Shown: positions 9,157-19,464 of the stretch, in pieces
How the letters are laid out: each line of letters starts with the position of its first letter
Numbering within the stretch: position 1 is the stretch's first letter
Source of the DNA: Myxococcales bacterium
GTDB taxonomy: Bacteria > Desulfobacterota > Binatia > HRBIN30
NCBI GenBank assembly: GCA_037445065.1
Contig: JBBILD010000006.1
Location: forward strand, 64,001 to 128,000
DNA length: 64,000 nucleotides
Direction: 5' to 3'
Position numbers and translations under genes: made by a program
Notes under the pieces: model-generated
The model's database searches: none
Seen by the model: the letters and a program-made list of their open reading frames with translations, nothing else
Told to the model about the DNA's origin: nothing

Positions 9157-9423
9157 TCAGTCTTTGAGGACCTTGCCCCCTTTGGCGGTGCATTCCTCGG
9201 CGCTCAGCTCGATCCAGCCTTTGCCCTTGCACTCGTTTTTCCCGGCGCAGTCGTGCGTGGCGCTCGCACACGCGCCCTTGCCTTTGCACTCGTTGACGCC
9301 CTCGCACTTGACCTTCTTGGCTTCCGCCTTGCCCTTCTCCGTGCCTGCTTGCACCACTTTCCCAGCAAACAGGGCAGCGACCGTAGCGGCGACAGCGAGT
9401 GCCTTCGTGGTCGAGTTCTTCAT
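9157..9423 (-). CDS. Cys-rich secreted RiPP precursor, bufferin BufA2-like
   Basis: Signal peptide then six Cys with repeat CEGVNECKGKG / CAGKNECKGKG and terminal ECTAKGG; GAAGGAG RBS; upstream of DUF692/DUF2063. Confidence 0.88.
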   Translation of the reverse strand: MKNSTTKALAVAATVAALFAGKVVQAGTEKGKAEAKKVKCEGVNECKGKGACASATHDCAGKNECKGKGWIELSAEECTAKGGKVLKD

Positions 9424-9698
9424 CTTCTTCTCCTTCGCGCTGCACGAACGCGTCCAGTGTTGGACCGTAGCGACCTGAATTGCGCGGTGCCGCCAGCCTT
9501 ACTCCTTCGGCTGCGGGAATGCAACGCGCGCCAAGCGCCCGCGTTCCGCGCGGCCCCGGCCCAGTGCGGAGGCTGCGCACAGGAACACGGCGGCCGCACA
9601 GGCGGGCGGAAGGGCGTGCGCCACGCGCTTGACCTTGCGCGCCACGGCGCTTTCCACGATAGGGAAAAGACCGCTTCGAGAGAGGGAGTTCGGGAGCA

Positions 9699-10223
9699 AT
9701 GAGGAAAGCCCTGGCGTGTTGCATCATGGCCATCCTACACGTGTGGTTCTTGGCTCCGGGCGCGCGGGCTGCGGAGGTCAAAATCGGCTTTGTCGATTTG
9801 CAACGGGCGTTGAACGAATCGAACCGCGGCAAAAAGGCGAAGGAAGAGTTCAAGGCCGAGGTGGAAAAGCTGCAAGCGCAGCTCAAGAAGAAAAAGGATC
9901 AGATCGAAAGCCTGAAGGAGCAGCTCGAAAAAAAGGCTGCGGTGATGAAGGACGAAGAGCGCAGCAACCTTGAGGAGGAGTACCGTAAGAAGCTGCGCGA
10001 CTTCGAGCGCGATTACAAAGATTCGCAGGCGGACTTGCAACGCAAGGATAGTGAACTCACTGGCGCCATCTTGAAAGAGCTGCAGGAGGTGATCCAGGAG
10101 GTCGGCGACCGCGAGGGATACACGATGATTTTCGAGGCTTCTTCGAGCGCCGTCCTGTACGGGGCCAAGGGTGCAGACCTCACCGACCTTATCCTGGAAG
10201 AATACAACCGCAGGAAGCGCTGA
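9699..10223 (+). CDS. skp: OmpH/Skp periplasmic chaperone
   Basis: Signal peptide, KIGFVDLQRAL, long coiled coil, GYTMIF..DLT. Confidence 0.92.
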   Translation: MRKALACCIMAILHVWFLAPGARAAEVKIGFVDLQRALNESNRGKKAKEEFKAEVEKLQAQLKKKKDQIESLKEQLEKKAAVMKDEERSNLEEEYRKKLRDFERDYKDSQADLQRKDSELTGAILKELQEVIQEVGDREGYTMIFEASSSAVLYGAKGADLTDLILEEYNRRKR

Positions 10224-10229
10224 CCTCTC

Positions 10230-10682
10230 ATGAGCCAGGGCCTCAAGCATAACCAGATCGCCGAGCTGTTGCCGCACCGCTACCCGTTTTGTTTTGTCGA
10301 TCGAGTGGCCATGCTGGAAGCCGGCAAGCGAGTGCTAGCGGTGAAGAACGTGGCGCGGAACGAGCCCTTTTTTCGCGGTCACTTCCCCGATCAACCGCTG
10401 ATGCCCGGGGTGCTGGTGTGCGAGGCGCTGGCGCAAGCGGCGGCACTCCTTGCCCATTACGAGCTGCGCGCCGAGGGCAGCACCCGCGTGGTGGTCTTGA
10501 GCGGCATTGACGAGGCCCGCTTCCGCAGGCCGATCGTGCCGGGAGATTGCATCGAACTCGAGGTCGTGCTGCTGCGCCGCCGCGCACCTCTGTGGAAATT
10601 CCACGGGGTGGCACGAGTCGAGGGCCAAGTGGCCGCTGAGGCGGATTTGTTGTTGAGCGAAACCGAACGCATCCCGGTATGA
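10230..10682 (+). CDS. fabZ: 3-hydroxyacyl-ACP dehydratase
   Basis: LPHRYPF..VDRV, KNV..NEPFF.GHFP...MPGVL..EALAQ. Confidence 0.95.
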   Translation: MSQGLKHNQIAELLPHRYPFCFVDRVAMLEAGKRVLAVKNVARNEPFFRGHFPDQPLMPGVLVCEALAQAAALLAHYELRAEGSTRVVVLSGIDEARFRRPIVPGDCIELEVVLLRRRAPLWKFHGVARVEGQVAAEADLLLSETERIPV

Positions 10683-11461
10683 GTACGGCGCGCATTCATC
10701 CTACAGCGCTGGTGGAACAAGGGGCGGAACTCGGTGCCGGCGTGGAGGTCGGCCCGTATGCCGTCATCGGCGCGCGCGTGCGCATCGGCGCGCGCAGTCG
10801 CATCGGCGCGCACGCGGTGGTGGTCGGCAACACGGTGATGGGGGAAGACAACCAAGTCTTCCCGTTTGCTTCCATCGGCGCCATTCCGCAGGACCTCAAG
10901 TACCGCGGCGAGGACAGTCGGCTCGAAATCGGCGACCGCAATATCATCCGTGAGTTTGCAACCGTTCACCTCGGGACTGAAGGCGGCGGTATGGTGACGC
11001 GGATTGGCGACGACAACTTGTTGATGAACTACACCCACATTGCCCACGACTGCATTCTCGGCAACCACATCATCGTCGCCAACGGCACGCAGCTCGCCGG
11101 CCACGTGGTCGTCGAGGACTACGCCGTGATCGGGGCCTTGAGTGGGATCCACCAGTTCGTGCGCGTAGGCGAGTCGGCCATCGTCGGTGCCGGTTCGATG
11201 GTGTCGCAAGACGTACCGCCGTTCTGCAACGCCACGGGCGATCGCGCCGTCTTGCACGGCTTGAACCTGGTCGGGCTCAAGCGCCGCAACGTTCCTGCCG
11301 CCACCGTGCAAAACCTCAAGCGCGCCTACCGGCTCCTGTTTCGTGCCGGCCTGACCGTCGCCGAGGCGGCCCAGCGCATCCGCGCCGAAGTGCCGCCGTG
11401 CGAGGAAGTGGAGCGGCTCGTTCGCTTTGTCGAGAATTCCACCCGGGGCGTTTGCCGGTAA
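10679..11461 (+). CDS. lpxA: UDP-N-acetylglucosamine acyltransferase
   Basis: Hexapeptide repeats, PQDLKY, HIAHDC, IHQF, GLNLVGLKR. Confidence 0.96.
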   Translation: MSTARIHPTALVEQGAELGAGVEVGPYAVIGARVRIGARSRIGAHAVVVGNTVMGEDNQVFPFASIGAIPQDLKYRGEDSRLEIGDRNIIREFATVHLGTEGGGMVTRIGDDNLLMNYTHIAHDCILGNHIIVANGTQLAGHVVVEDYAVIGALSGIHQFVRVGESAIVGAGSMVSQDVPPFCNATGDRAVLHGLNLVGLKRRNVPAATVQNLKRAYRLLFRAGLTVAEAAQRIRAEVPPCEEVERLVRFVENSTRGVCR

Positions 11462-11497
11462 ACGGAGCCGGCGGGAGGCCGCCGCAGTGAGCGAGAG

Positions 11498-12295
11498 ATG
11501 GAACCGCTGGGGTTGATCGCAGGCAATGGTCGGTTTCCCTTGCTCTTTGCTCGTGCCGCGCGCGCGCAGGGCCGGCCGCTGGTGGCCGTGGCGCACCGCG
11601 GCGAAACCGAACCGCAGCTCGAGGCGTGGGTGGACCGGATCGAGTGGATCGAGGTGGGGCAGCTCGGCCGCATGCTCGAAACCTTTCACGCGGCTGGGGT
11701 GCGCGAAGCCGTGATGGCGGGGGGAATCCGGAAGCAGGCGTTGCTCGAGCACTTCGTACCCGATGCGCGCGGTCTCGAGTTCCTCTCCCGCCTGCAAAGT
11801 TTTGGCGACGATGCGATTTTGCGCGCTCTGGCGCGAGAACTGGAAGCAGAAGGGATTCGCATATTGCCTTCCACCTTGTTTCTCGAAGCACTGCTCACCC
11901 CACAGGGAGCGCTGACCGGCCGCGTACCGAGCGAAGAACACTGGGCCGACATCCGCTTGGGCTTACGCGTGGCCAAGGCGCTCGGTCAGTGGGACATCGG
12001 GCAAACCGTCGTGGTGCGCAGCGGTGTGGTCGTGGCCGTGGAGGCGATCGAGGGAACCGATGCCACCATCGCCCGTGCACCCGGCCGCGGCGCTGTGGTG
12101 GTGAAGGTGAGCAAGCCGCAGCAAGACTTGCGCTTCGACGTCCCCGCGGTCGGCCCGCAGACCGTAGACACGTGTGCGCGTGTCGGGGTGGCGGTGTTGG
12201 CCTTGGAGGCCGGCAGGACCCTGCTGCTCGAGCGCGAAGAGTTCCTCGCCGCTGCCGAACGCGCGGAGCTTGCGGTGGTCGGGGTGGAAGCATGA
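11498..12295 (+). CDS. lpxI: UDP-2,3-diacylglucosamine diphosphatase LpxI
   Basis: LGLIAGNGRFP, DIGQTVVV, AVEAIEGTD, KPQQDLRFDVP. Confidence 0.93.
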   Translation: MEPLGLIAGNGRFPLLFARAARAQGRPLVAVAHRGETEPQLEAWVDRIEWIEVGQLGRMLETFHAAGVREAVMAGGIRKQALLEHFVPDARGLEFLSRLQSFGDDAILRALARELEAEGIRILPSTLFLEALLTPQGALTGRVPSEEHWADIRLGLRVAKALGQWDIGQTVVVRSGVVVAVEAIEGTDATIARAPGRGAVVVKVSKPQQDLRFDVPAVGPQTVDTCARVGVAVLALEAGRTLLLEREEFLAAAERAELAVVGVEA

Positions 12296-13224
12296 GCGAG
12301 AAGTTGCGCGCTGCGGTCGTGGGCGTGGGCTACCTCGGGCGCTTCCACGCGCAAAAGTACGCGAGCTTGCCGGATGTCGAGCTGTGCGCGGTGGTGGACG
12401 CCGATCTCACTCGCGCTCGCCAAGTCGCTGCGGAAACTGGAGGCGAGCCCCTCGCCGATTATCGCACACTGCTGGCAAGCATTGATTGCGCCAGCTTGGC
12501 CGTGCCTACCCCGCTCCACTTCCCGATCGCGCGCGATTTGCTCGAACACGGGGTGGACGTGCTGGTGGAAAAGCCGCTCACCGCCACTGTGCAGGAAGGG
12601 CGCGAACTCGTGGCTCTGGCCGCTGCGCGCGGGCGCATTCTGCAAGTCGGCCATCTCGAGCGCTTTAATCCCGCCTTGCGCAGCGTGCGCGATTTGCTCG
12701 AGCGACCTCGCTTCGTCGAATGCCATCGGCTCGCCCCGTTTGTCGAGCGCGGCACCGATGTGGACGTCATTCTCGACCTCATGATCCACGACCTTGACGT
12801 GATCCTGAGCTTGGTGGGCGGCGAAGTCGTGCACCTCGAAGCGGTCGGCGTGCCGGTGCTCACGCCGCACGTGGATATCGCCAACGCCCGCATCCGTTTT
12901 TCGAGCGGCTGCATCGCGAACGTTACCGCTAGCCGCGTGGCCTTGAAGCGAGAGCGCAAACTGCGCTTGTTTCAAACCGATATGTACGTGTCGCTGGACT
13001 TCGGCGAACGGCACATCCGCGTGGCGCGCCGCCGCTGGGAGCAAGGGAGTCCCCAGATCGAAGTCGAGGAAATCGCACTGCCCGACGGTGACCCGCTCTT
13101 CGCTGAGATTGACCACTTTGTCCACTGCGTGCGGACACGCCAGCGTCCGCTGGTGGACGGTGCCACCGCGCTTCGTGCCCTGGAGCTGGCGGAACAAATT
13201 CGCTCGCAACTCGAGAGCGTATGA
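12292..13224 (+). CDS. Gfo/Idh/MocA oxidoreductase, GnnA-like (UDP-GlcNAc 3-dehydrogenase)
   Basis: VGVGYLGRFH, VEKP, VGHLERFNP, DLMIHDLD, TASRV; lies between lpxI and lpxB; start re-called at MSEKL. Confidence 0.85.
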   Translation: MSEKLRAAVVGVGYLGRFHAQKYASLPDVELCAVVDADLTRARQVAAETGGEPLADYRTLLASIDCASLAVPTPLHFPIARDLLEHGVDVLVEKPLTATVQEGRELVALAAARGRILQVGHLERFNPALRSVRDLLERPRFVECHRLAPFVERGTDVDVILDLMIHDLDVILSLVGGEVVHLEAVGVPVLTPHVDIANARIRFSSGCIANVTASRVALKRERKLRLFQTDMYVSLDFGERHIRVARRRWEQGSPQIEVEEIALPDGDPLFAEIDHFVHCVRTRQRPLVDGATALRALELAEQIRSQLESV

Positions 13225-14345
13225 CGCGCACCCTGTTCATGGTAGCCGGGGAAGCTTCGGGCGACCTCCACGCCGCGGCCCTGCTGCGTGCCTTGCGCCG
13301 GCGCGACCCACAGTTGCGCGCGCTGGGCATCGGCGGACATCACCTCGCGGAAGCAGGGCTCGAGGTGCTGGTGCGTACGGATGCCATTGCCACGATGGGA
13401 CTGACGGAGACCGTAGGGAGCTTGCGCCAAGTCTGGCAAGCCTACCGCCTGGCCCGCCGCACGCTCGCGCAGGAACGTCCCGACCTGGTGGTTCTCGTGG
13501 ACTACCCGGAGTTCAATTTGCGCCTGGCGCGTTATGCAAAGTCGCTCGGGCTCAGAGTGTTTTACTACATCAGCCCGCAAGTGTGGGCGTGGCGGCGTGG
13601 GCGGGTGCGCAAGCTGCGCCGCTGGGTAGATCGCCTGGCCGTGGTGTTTCCGTTCGAGGAAGCGCTTTACAATCAAAACGGCCGCGCACGCATCGCCTCC
13701 TTCGTGGGTCATCCCTTGCTCGATCTCGTGCACCCCACGCGCGCTCGCGAAGAGACGCGCCAGCGATATGGGTTGGATGCCGAGCGGCGCCTGCTCGCTT
13801 TGCTTCCGGGTAGCCGCTGCAAGGAGTTGCGCCTCTTGCTCCCGCCGATGCTGGAGACCGCACGGGTCCTGGCGCGGCAAGGCTGGCAAGCGGCGCTGGC
13901 ACTGGCGCCGACGCTAGCGGAAAGCGATGTGCGCGCTGCCCTCGGTGGGCAAGCACTGGAGCTGCCTTTGGTGTGCGGCGACACGTACAACTTGGTGCAT
14001 GCGGCGGACGCGGCGCTGGTGGCTTCCGGAACAGCGACTCTAGAAACTGCGCTACTCGGCAAGCCGATGGTCATCGTGTACCGCGTGTCGGGCCTTACCT
14101 ACTGGTTGGGGCGAATGCTGATCCGAGTGCGTCACATCGGCATGCCGAACGTGATCTTGGATGAACGAGTGGTACCTGAGTACCTGCAGGGAGAGGTACG
14201 CGCGAGCGTGCTGGCCCCAGCCATCGAGGAGGTGTACCGCCAGCGCGAGCAGCTCGCCGGGGCCTGGCAGCGGCTGCGCGAGTGTCTGGGCGAGCCCGGG
14301 GCAGCGGAGCGTGCCGCGGCCCTAGCTTGGGAGGCGATGGCATGA
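13221..14345 (+). CDS. lpxB: Lipid-A-disaccharide synthase
   Basis: AGEASGD, DYPEFN, SPQVWAWR, VGHP, LPGSR, SGTATLE. Confidence 0.96.
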   Translation: MTRTLFMVAGEASGDLHAAALLRALRRRDPQLRALGIGGHHLAEAGLEVLVRTDAIATMGLTETVGSLRQVWQAYRLARRTLAQERPDLVVLVDYPEFNLRLARYAKSLGLRVFYYISPQVWAWRRGRVRKLRRWVDRLAVVFPFEEALYNQNGRARIASFVGHPLLDLVHPTRAREETRQRYGLDAERRLLALLPGSRCKELRLLLPPMLETARVLARQGWQAALALAPTLAESDVRAALGGQALELPLVCGDTYNLVHAADAALVASGTATLETALLGKPMVIVYRVSGLTYWLGRMLIRVRHIGMPNVILDERVVPEYLQGEVRASVLAPAIEEVYRQREQLAGAWQRLRECLGEPGAAERAAALAWEAMA

Positions 14346-16117
14346 AGCCGCACCTGATGTACCGGCGTTTGCTTCGGTACCTGCGCCCATATGTGTGGCC
14401 GTACTTTACCGTGGCGGTGGTGTGCATGGTGCTGTTCAGCGGCACCAACGGTGCGATGCCGTTTCTGGTGCGCCACATCTTCGATGACGTGTTCGCGGGC
14501 AAGAACCGGGAGGTGTTGTACGTCCTGCCCTTCGTCATCATCGGGGTGTTTTTGTTTCGCGCCGTGGTCAGCTTCGGCAGCACCTACCTGACCGAGTACG
14601 TGGGGCAGCGCATCATCGCGGATTTGCGCCGCGAGTTGAACGAGCGCATCCAGAGTCTGTCGCTCTCGTTTTTCAACCGCACTCCCACCGGTACGATCGT
14701 TTCACGGGTGACGAGCGATGTGGCCCTGGTTCGAGCCGCACTCACCGATGCGGTGGCCGCCGTCCTCAAAGACGCTTCGTCCTTGGTGGTGCTGGTCGCG
14801 GTAGCGTTTTACCAGGACTGGTTCCTGGCTCTGATCGCGTTTGTGGTGTTTCCTGCCTCGGTGCTGCCCATGCTGCGCTTGTCGCGGCGGCTGCGCCAAG
14901 TGTCTCGCCGCGGGCAAGTGAGTATGGGCGAGCTGACCGCTTTGCTGCAGGAGACCATCCAGGGTAATCGCGTCGTGAAGGCCTTCGGCATGGAGGACTA
15001 CGAGAAGCGGCGCTTCGAGGCCGAAAACGAAAATCTGTTTCGCCTTGCCATGAAAAGCACGCGCATCCGTGCCTTTACCACACCGATGATGGAGTTGCTG
15101 GCGGCGTTCGGGATTGCCGGGGTGGTCTGGTACGGAGGGTACAGCGTGATTGAAGGGGGGCGTACGCAAGGGGCATTCTTGGCCTTCCTGACCGCGCTCT
15201 TCCTCCTGTACGAACCGTTCAAAGGGCTGGCGCGTACGAACACCGTGATCCAACAGGGTCTGGGCGCAGCGGAACGGATTGTCGAGTTGCTCGACACCCA
15301 GCCGGAGGTGACCGAGCGTCCCGGAGCGCGCGAACTCGGCGAGATTCGCCAAGGGATCCGGGTGGAGAACGTGAGCTTCCGCTACGACCATGATTGGGTG
15401 CTGCGCAACGTGTCGCTGGAGATCCGCCGCGGGGAGCTGGTCGCCCTGGTGGGGATGAGCGGTGGCGGCAAGAGCACGCTGGCCGACCTGATCCCCCGTT
15501 TTTACGACGTGCACGAGGGCGCCATTCGCATTGATGGGGTGGACATCCGCGACTACACGCTGGCCAGCCTGCGCCGCCAGATTGCGATCGTGACGCAGCA
15601 CACCTTTCTGTTCAATGACACAGTGCGCAACAACATCGCCTATGGGCAGGTGGATACGAACATGGACGCCATCGTTGCCGCGGCCCGGGCCGCAAACGCG
15701 CACGATTTCATTGTGCAGTTGCCGCAAGGGTACGATACGATCGTGGGCGAACTCGGGGTGAGACTCTCGGGCGGGCAACGGCAACGGATCGCCATTGCTC
15801 GTGCGCTTCTCAAAAACGCGCCGATCTTGATTTTGGACGAAGCGACCTCGGCGCTCGACAGCGAGTCGGAGCGGCTGGTGCAAGACGCGCTCGAGCGGCT
15901 GATGGCGAACCGAACAACGCTCGTGATCGCGCACCGAATGTCCACGGTGCGGCGGGCAGACCGAATTTACGTTTTGGTTCGCGGTCGCATCGTCGAAACG
16001 GGAACCCACGAGGAGTTGCTGGCCCGCAACGGCGAATATCGCAAACTCTACGACCTACAGTTCCAGGACGAAGCCGAACTCCCCGAGATGCACGCGGCGC
16101 ACGGGTTCGGCCGGTAA
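14342..16117 (+). CDS. msbA: Lipid A export ABC transporter
   Basis: TM domain plus Walker A GMSGGGKST, LSGGQRQR, LDEATSALD; start re-called at MKPHLM. Confidence 0.93.
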   Translation: MKPHLMYRRLLRYLRPYVWPYFTVAVVCMVLFSGTNGAMPFLVRHIFDDVFAGKNREVLYVLPFVIIGVFLFRAVVSFGSTYLTEYVGQRIIADLRRELNERIQSLSLSFFNRTPTGTIVSRVTSDVALVRAALTDAVAAVLKDASSLVVLVAVAFYQDWFLALIAFVVFPASVLPMLRLSRRLRQVSRRGQVSMGELTALLQETIQGNRVVKAFGMEDYEKRRFEAENENLFRLAMKSTRIRAFTTPMMELLAAFGIAGVVWYGGYSVIEGGRTQGAFLAFLTALFLLYEPFKGLARTNTVIQQGLGAAERIVELLDTQPEVTERPGARELGEIRQGIRVENVSFRYDHDWVLRNVSLEIRRGELVALVGMSGGGKSTLADLIPRFYDVHEGAIRIDGVDIRDYTLASLRRQIAIVTQHTFLFNDTVRNNIAYGQVDTNMDAIVAAARAANAHDFIVQLPQGYDTIVGELGVRLSGGQRQRIAIARALLKNAPILILDEATSALDSESERLVQDALERLMANRTTLVIAHRMSTVRRADRIYVLVRGRIVETGTHEELLARNGEYRKLYDLQFQDEAELPEMHAAHGFGR

Positions 16118-16131
16118 GACAGCGAGCACCG

Positions 16132-16800
16132 ATGCACCCGTGGGCGGAACGAACCCTGCTGGCCCTCGCGCCACCGCTGTTGAGCGGCGCATTGCGGGCT
16201 GCGGCGGCGACTTGGAAGATCGAACTCGTAGATGCCGAGCCTTTGTTGGCGACTTGGGAGGAGCGCGAGGTGATCCTCGCGTTTTGGCACAACCGCGTGC
16301 TGCCCTTGCCGATTCTCGCCGGTGGCCGCAGGATCTGCGTGCTCAACAGCCGCAGCCGCGATGGCGAAATTGCGACCCGAGCCCTGGCTCGTTGGGGAAT
16401 CCACTCCGTGCGCGGCTCTGCCAGCCGCGGCGGGCAGGCCGGCTTTCTCGCCTTGGTGCGCGCCCAGCGGCACGGCTTCCACCTTGCTGTTGTTCCGGAT
16501 GGCCCGCGCGGCCCGCGTTACGTGGCCAAGTCCGGGGTGGTCCACTTAGCGCGTTTCACGGGAGCGCCGGTTTTTCCCGTGACCTTTTCGGCTGACCGCT
16601 TTCGCCAGCTCGGCAGTTGGGATCGCTTGCTCATCCCGCTTCCCTTCGCGCACTTGCGCGTATACGCTGGTGAACCGGTTTGCGTTCCGCGCGAGGCCGA
16701 CGATTCTATCATCGAACGCAAGCGCGGCGAGCTAGAAGCACGGCTGCGCGCTCTCACCACGCGCGCCGATCGAGAGACGGCGCGCGTGCCGCCGCGCTGA
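16132..16800 (+). CDS. DUF374 lysophospholipid acyltransferase (LpxJ-like)
   Basis: AFWH, SRSRDGE, VRGS.SRGG, PDGPRGP, SWDRL.IPLPF. Confidence 0.88.
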   Translation: MHPWAERTLLALAPPLLSGALRAAAATWKIELVDAEPLLATWEEREVILAFWHNRVLPLPILAGGRRICVLNSRSRDGEIATRALARWGIHSVRGSASRGGQAGFLALVRAQRHGFHLAVVPDGPRGPRYVAKSGVVHLARFTGAPVFPVTFSADRFRQLGSWDRLLIPLPFAHLRVYAGEPVCVPREADDSIIERKRGELEARLRALTTRADRETARVPPR

Positions 16801-16858
16801 GCGTTGTGCTGGAGTGGCATGAGACAGGTCGTTATGGGAATAGGCTCCGTTTCGAAAC

Positions 16859-18193
16859 ATGGCTTCGCAACCGACACCGCGTGACCCCAAGCGGCAAAGC
16901 ACCGGCGCCGACCTCGTGTACGACCTCGCCACCACGGCGCTCGCGGTGTGCGCCCTGCCTCTTCTCCCGTTGCTCTCGTTGACCCGCTACGGACGCCACT
17001 TGCGGGAGCGCCTCAGCCTCTGGCCGAAGGAAGCTCGCTCGTTGCAGCGCCCGCTTTGGCTCCACGCCGCCTCGGTTGGCGAGGTGCTGGCCGCCGACCC
17101 CCTGATCCGCGAACTCAAGCAAGCCCGCCCCGGCGTGCCGGTGTTGCTCACGACAACGTCGGTTCCGGGACGCGACACCGCGCGCCAGCGTTGCGCCGCG
17201 GATGCAGTGGCCTTGCTGCCTGCCGATCTCTGGTGGTTGACGGAGCGGGTGGTGCAGCAGGTGCAGCCGCGCGCCTTGGTGTTGGTGGAAACGGAGCTGT
17301 GGCCGGCCTTGGTTCGCTCGGTCGCTCGTCGAGGCATCCCGGTGATCCTGGCCAGCGGGCGCATTTCTACCGCTTCGGTGCGCCGCTACCAACGCATTCG
17401 GCCGCTGGTGCGCGCGATGTTGCAGCGCATGGATTTGTGCCTCATGCAGTCGCTGCTGGATGCCGAACGCATTTGCCAGCTCGGCGCGCGGGAGGAACGG
17501 GTGCGGGTGGCGGGGAATCTCAAATTTGCGCGCCAGGCAAGCTCGGTCCTTGCGCACAGCAAAGGTGGGGCGTGCGTGCAAGCCCTGGCGGAGCAGCCGC
17601 TGTTGGTGGCAGCGAGCACGCACGCGGGGGAAGAGGAACTGGTGCTGGAGGCCTTCCAGCGCGTGCTCGAGGAGTTTCCGCGCGCTCGCTTGCTCTTGGC
17701 TCCGCGTCGCCCGGAGCGCTTCAACGCGGTGGCCGGCTTGGTCCAACAGCGCGGCTTGCGCTGCCAGCGGCGGAGCAATCTAGGGGACGAAGGTCCCCAC
17801 CCGAGCACCCGAGTGATCCTGCTCGATACTGTGGGGGAACTCGTCGAGTTCCTGCCAGTCGCGGTGGGAGTGTTCGTGGGCGGAACCTTCGTGCCGGAGA
17901 TCGGCGGGCACAACGTGATCGAACCCGCCATCTTCGGGAGGCCGGCTTGTTTCGGTCCGCACACCACCCAGGTGTCTCAACCTGCGCAACAGTTGGTGGA
18001 GGAAGGGGGTGGGGTGCGCGTGACTTCGGCGACAGATTTAGCGGCGGTTTGGTTGGCTTGGTTGCACGACCCCGCGCTAGCCGCGGCCATGGGAGAACGA
18101 GGCCGGGTCGTGGTAGGGCGGCAAACAGAAGTGGCACGGCAACTTGCCGAGACCATTTGGAATCATCTCGAAGGAGCGAGCCGCACGCCATGA
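16859..18193 (+). CDS. waaA: Kdo transferase
   Basis: WLHAASVGE, ETELWP, GNLKF, ASTH.GEE, APR.PERF, GGHN.IEP. Confidence 0.95.
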   Translation: MASQPTPRDPKRQSTGADLVYDLATTALAVCALPLLPLLSLTRYGRHLRERLSLWPKEARSLQRPLWLHAASVGEVLAADPLIRELKQARPGVPVLLTTTSVPGRDTARQRCAADAVALLPADLWWLTERVVQQVQPRALVLVETELWPALVRSVARRGIPVILASGRISTASVRRYQRIRPLVRAMLQRMDLCLMQSLLDAERICQLGAREERVRVAGNLKFARQASSVLAHSKGGACVQALAEQPLLVAASTHAGEEELVLEAFQRVLEEFPRARLLLAPRRPERFNAVAGLVQQRGLRCQRRSNLGDEGPHPSTRVILLDTVGELVEFLPVAVGVFVGGTFVPEIGGHNVIEPAIFGRPACFGPHTTQVSQPAQQLVEEGGGVRVTSATDLAAVWLAWLHDPALAAAMGERGRVVVGRQTEVARQLAETIWNHLEGASRTP

Positions 18194-19272
18194 AGGCAAA
18201 ACTTGCCAAGTGGTTGCGCGATTCCGTGTGGCCTCGCCGTACCTTTTCGGGGCGGCTAGCCGCCTCGGCTTTACGGCCATTCGCTTGGGGCTATGGCCTG
18301 GGAGTGCGTCTGCGCAATTGGGCGTACGACTGGAGCCTGCTCCCGATTGCGCGCCCCGGCATTGCGGTGGTGAGCGTGGGGAATGTGGCCGTCGGCGGCA
18401 CCGGGAAGACACCGATGGCATTGTGGCTTGCGCAGCAACTGCGCCAGCGCGGCCTACAAGTGGCCATCATCAGCCGCGGTTACGGAGGATTGTCGGCCGG
18501 TCCGGTGATCGTCAGCCGCGGGCGCGGCCCAGAGACGGATCCGCTTCACGCGGGCGACGAGCCGGTGATGATGGCCCGCCGCTTCGACGGCGTGGTCATT
18601 GTGGCACGCAACCGCGCCTCAGGGGTGGATTTGGCGCAGGCCGTCGGGTGCAACGTGGCGGTGTTGGACGACGGCTTCCAGCACCGGGCGTTGGCTCGCG
18701 ACTTCGATTTGGTCCTGCTGAGTGGTTGCCAGGGGGATTTGCTACCTGCGGGCCCGATGCGCGAGCCGTACAGTTCCCTGCAGCGCGCGCATGCGCTGGC
18801 GCTGGTAGACAAAGGGCTGTCCATCCCTCCTCTCGGTCCGCCCGGGACCGCTCAGGGCAAGCCGCTCTACTGGGTACGCATGGTACCGCAGTGTTGGGTG
18901 GAGTCGGACGGCGGGCGCTGGCGGGAACGGCCTCTGCGCGAACTTTCAGGGCACCGGGTTGCAGCGGTGAGCGGCCTTGCCAACCCCAGCGGCTTTTACG
19001 CCTTCTTGCAAGAGTGGGAGGTAGCGGTGGCGGAGGTCTTCGAGTTTCCGGATCACTATCACTATACAGTCGGCGACTGGCACCGGCTCAATCGCGCGGC
19101 GCAGGAATTCCCGTATGTGGTGACGACGGAAAAAGACTTGGTCAAGTTGGAACAGTTCCCCTTTGCGCGCGGCAAACTGGTCGCACTCCGCGTCGCCCCA
19201 CAAGTGGATAAGGCCGAGGATTTGGTGCAGCGCGTCGTGGCCTCTATCCACACGCGCGCGGTAAGAACATGA
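18190..19272 (+). CDS. lpxK: Tetraacyldisaccharide 4'-kinase
   Basis: [38 protein letters not shown]; start re-called at MKAKL. Confidence 0.95.
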   Translation: MKAKLAKWLRDSVWPRRTFSGRLAASALRPFAWGYGLGVRLRNWAYDWSLLPIARPGIAVVSVGNVAVGGTGKTPMALWLAQQLRQRGLQVAIISRGYGGLSAGPVIVSRGRGPETDPLHAGDEPVMMARRFDGVVIVARNRASGVDLAQAVGCNVAVLDDGFQHRALARDFDLVLLSGCQGDLLPAGPMREPYSSLQRAHALALVDKGLSIPPLGPPGTAQGKPLYWVRMVPQCWVESDGGRWRERPLRELSGHRVAAVSGLANPSGFYAFLQEWEVAVAEVFEFPDHYHYTVGDWHRLNRAAQEFPYVVTTEKDLVKLEQFPFARGKLVALRVAPQVDKAEDLVQRVVASIHTRAVRT

Positions 19273-19296
19273 TGCGCAGAAAACGGAGGAGAGAAC

Positions 19297-19464
19297 ATGG
19301 CCATTAGTGCGGAACTCCTGGAGATCCTTGCCTGCCCGAAGTGCAAGGGAGCGGTGGAACTCACCCCGCAACAAGACGGCCTGATTTGTGCCGCGTGCCG
19401 TCTCAAGTACCGCATCGAGGACGACATCCCGGTTATGCTCATCGAGGAGGCGGAGCCGATTTGA
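19297..19464 (+). CDS. Trm112/YcaR family protein (55 aa, absent from ORF track)
   Basis: MAISAELLEILACPKCKG...LICAACRLKYRIEDDIPVML; GGAGGAG RBS; usual position after lpxK. Confidence 0.92.
   Translation: MAISAELLEILACPKCKGAVELTPQQDGLICAACRLKYRIEDDIPVMLIEEAEPI

Noticed and set aside
10457..16009. Long antisense ORFs (for example 10457-11941, 11986-13209, 14702-16009)
   Set aside because: Shadow frames of well-supported genes, expected at high GC
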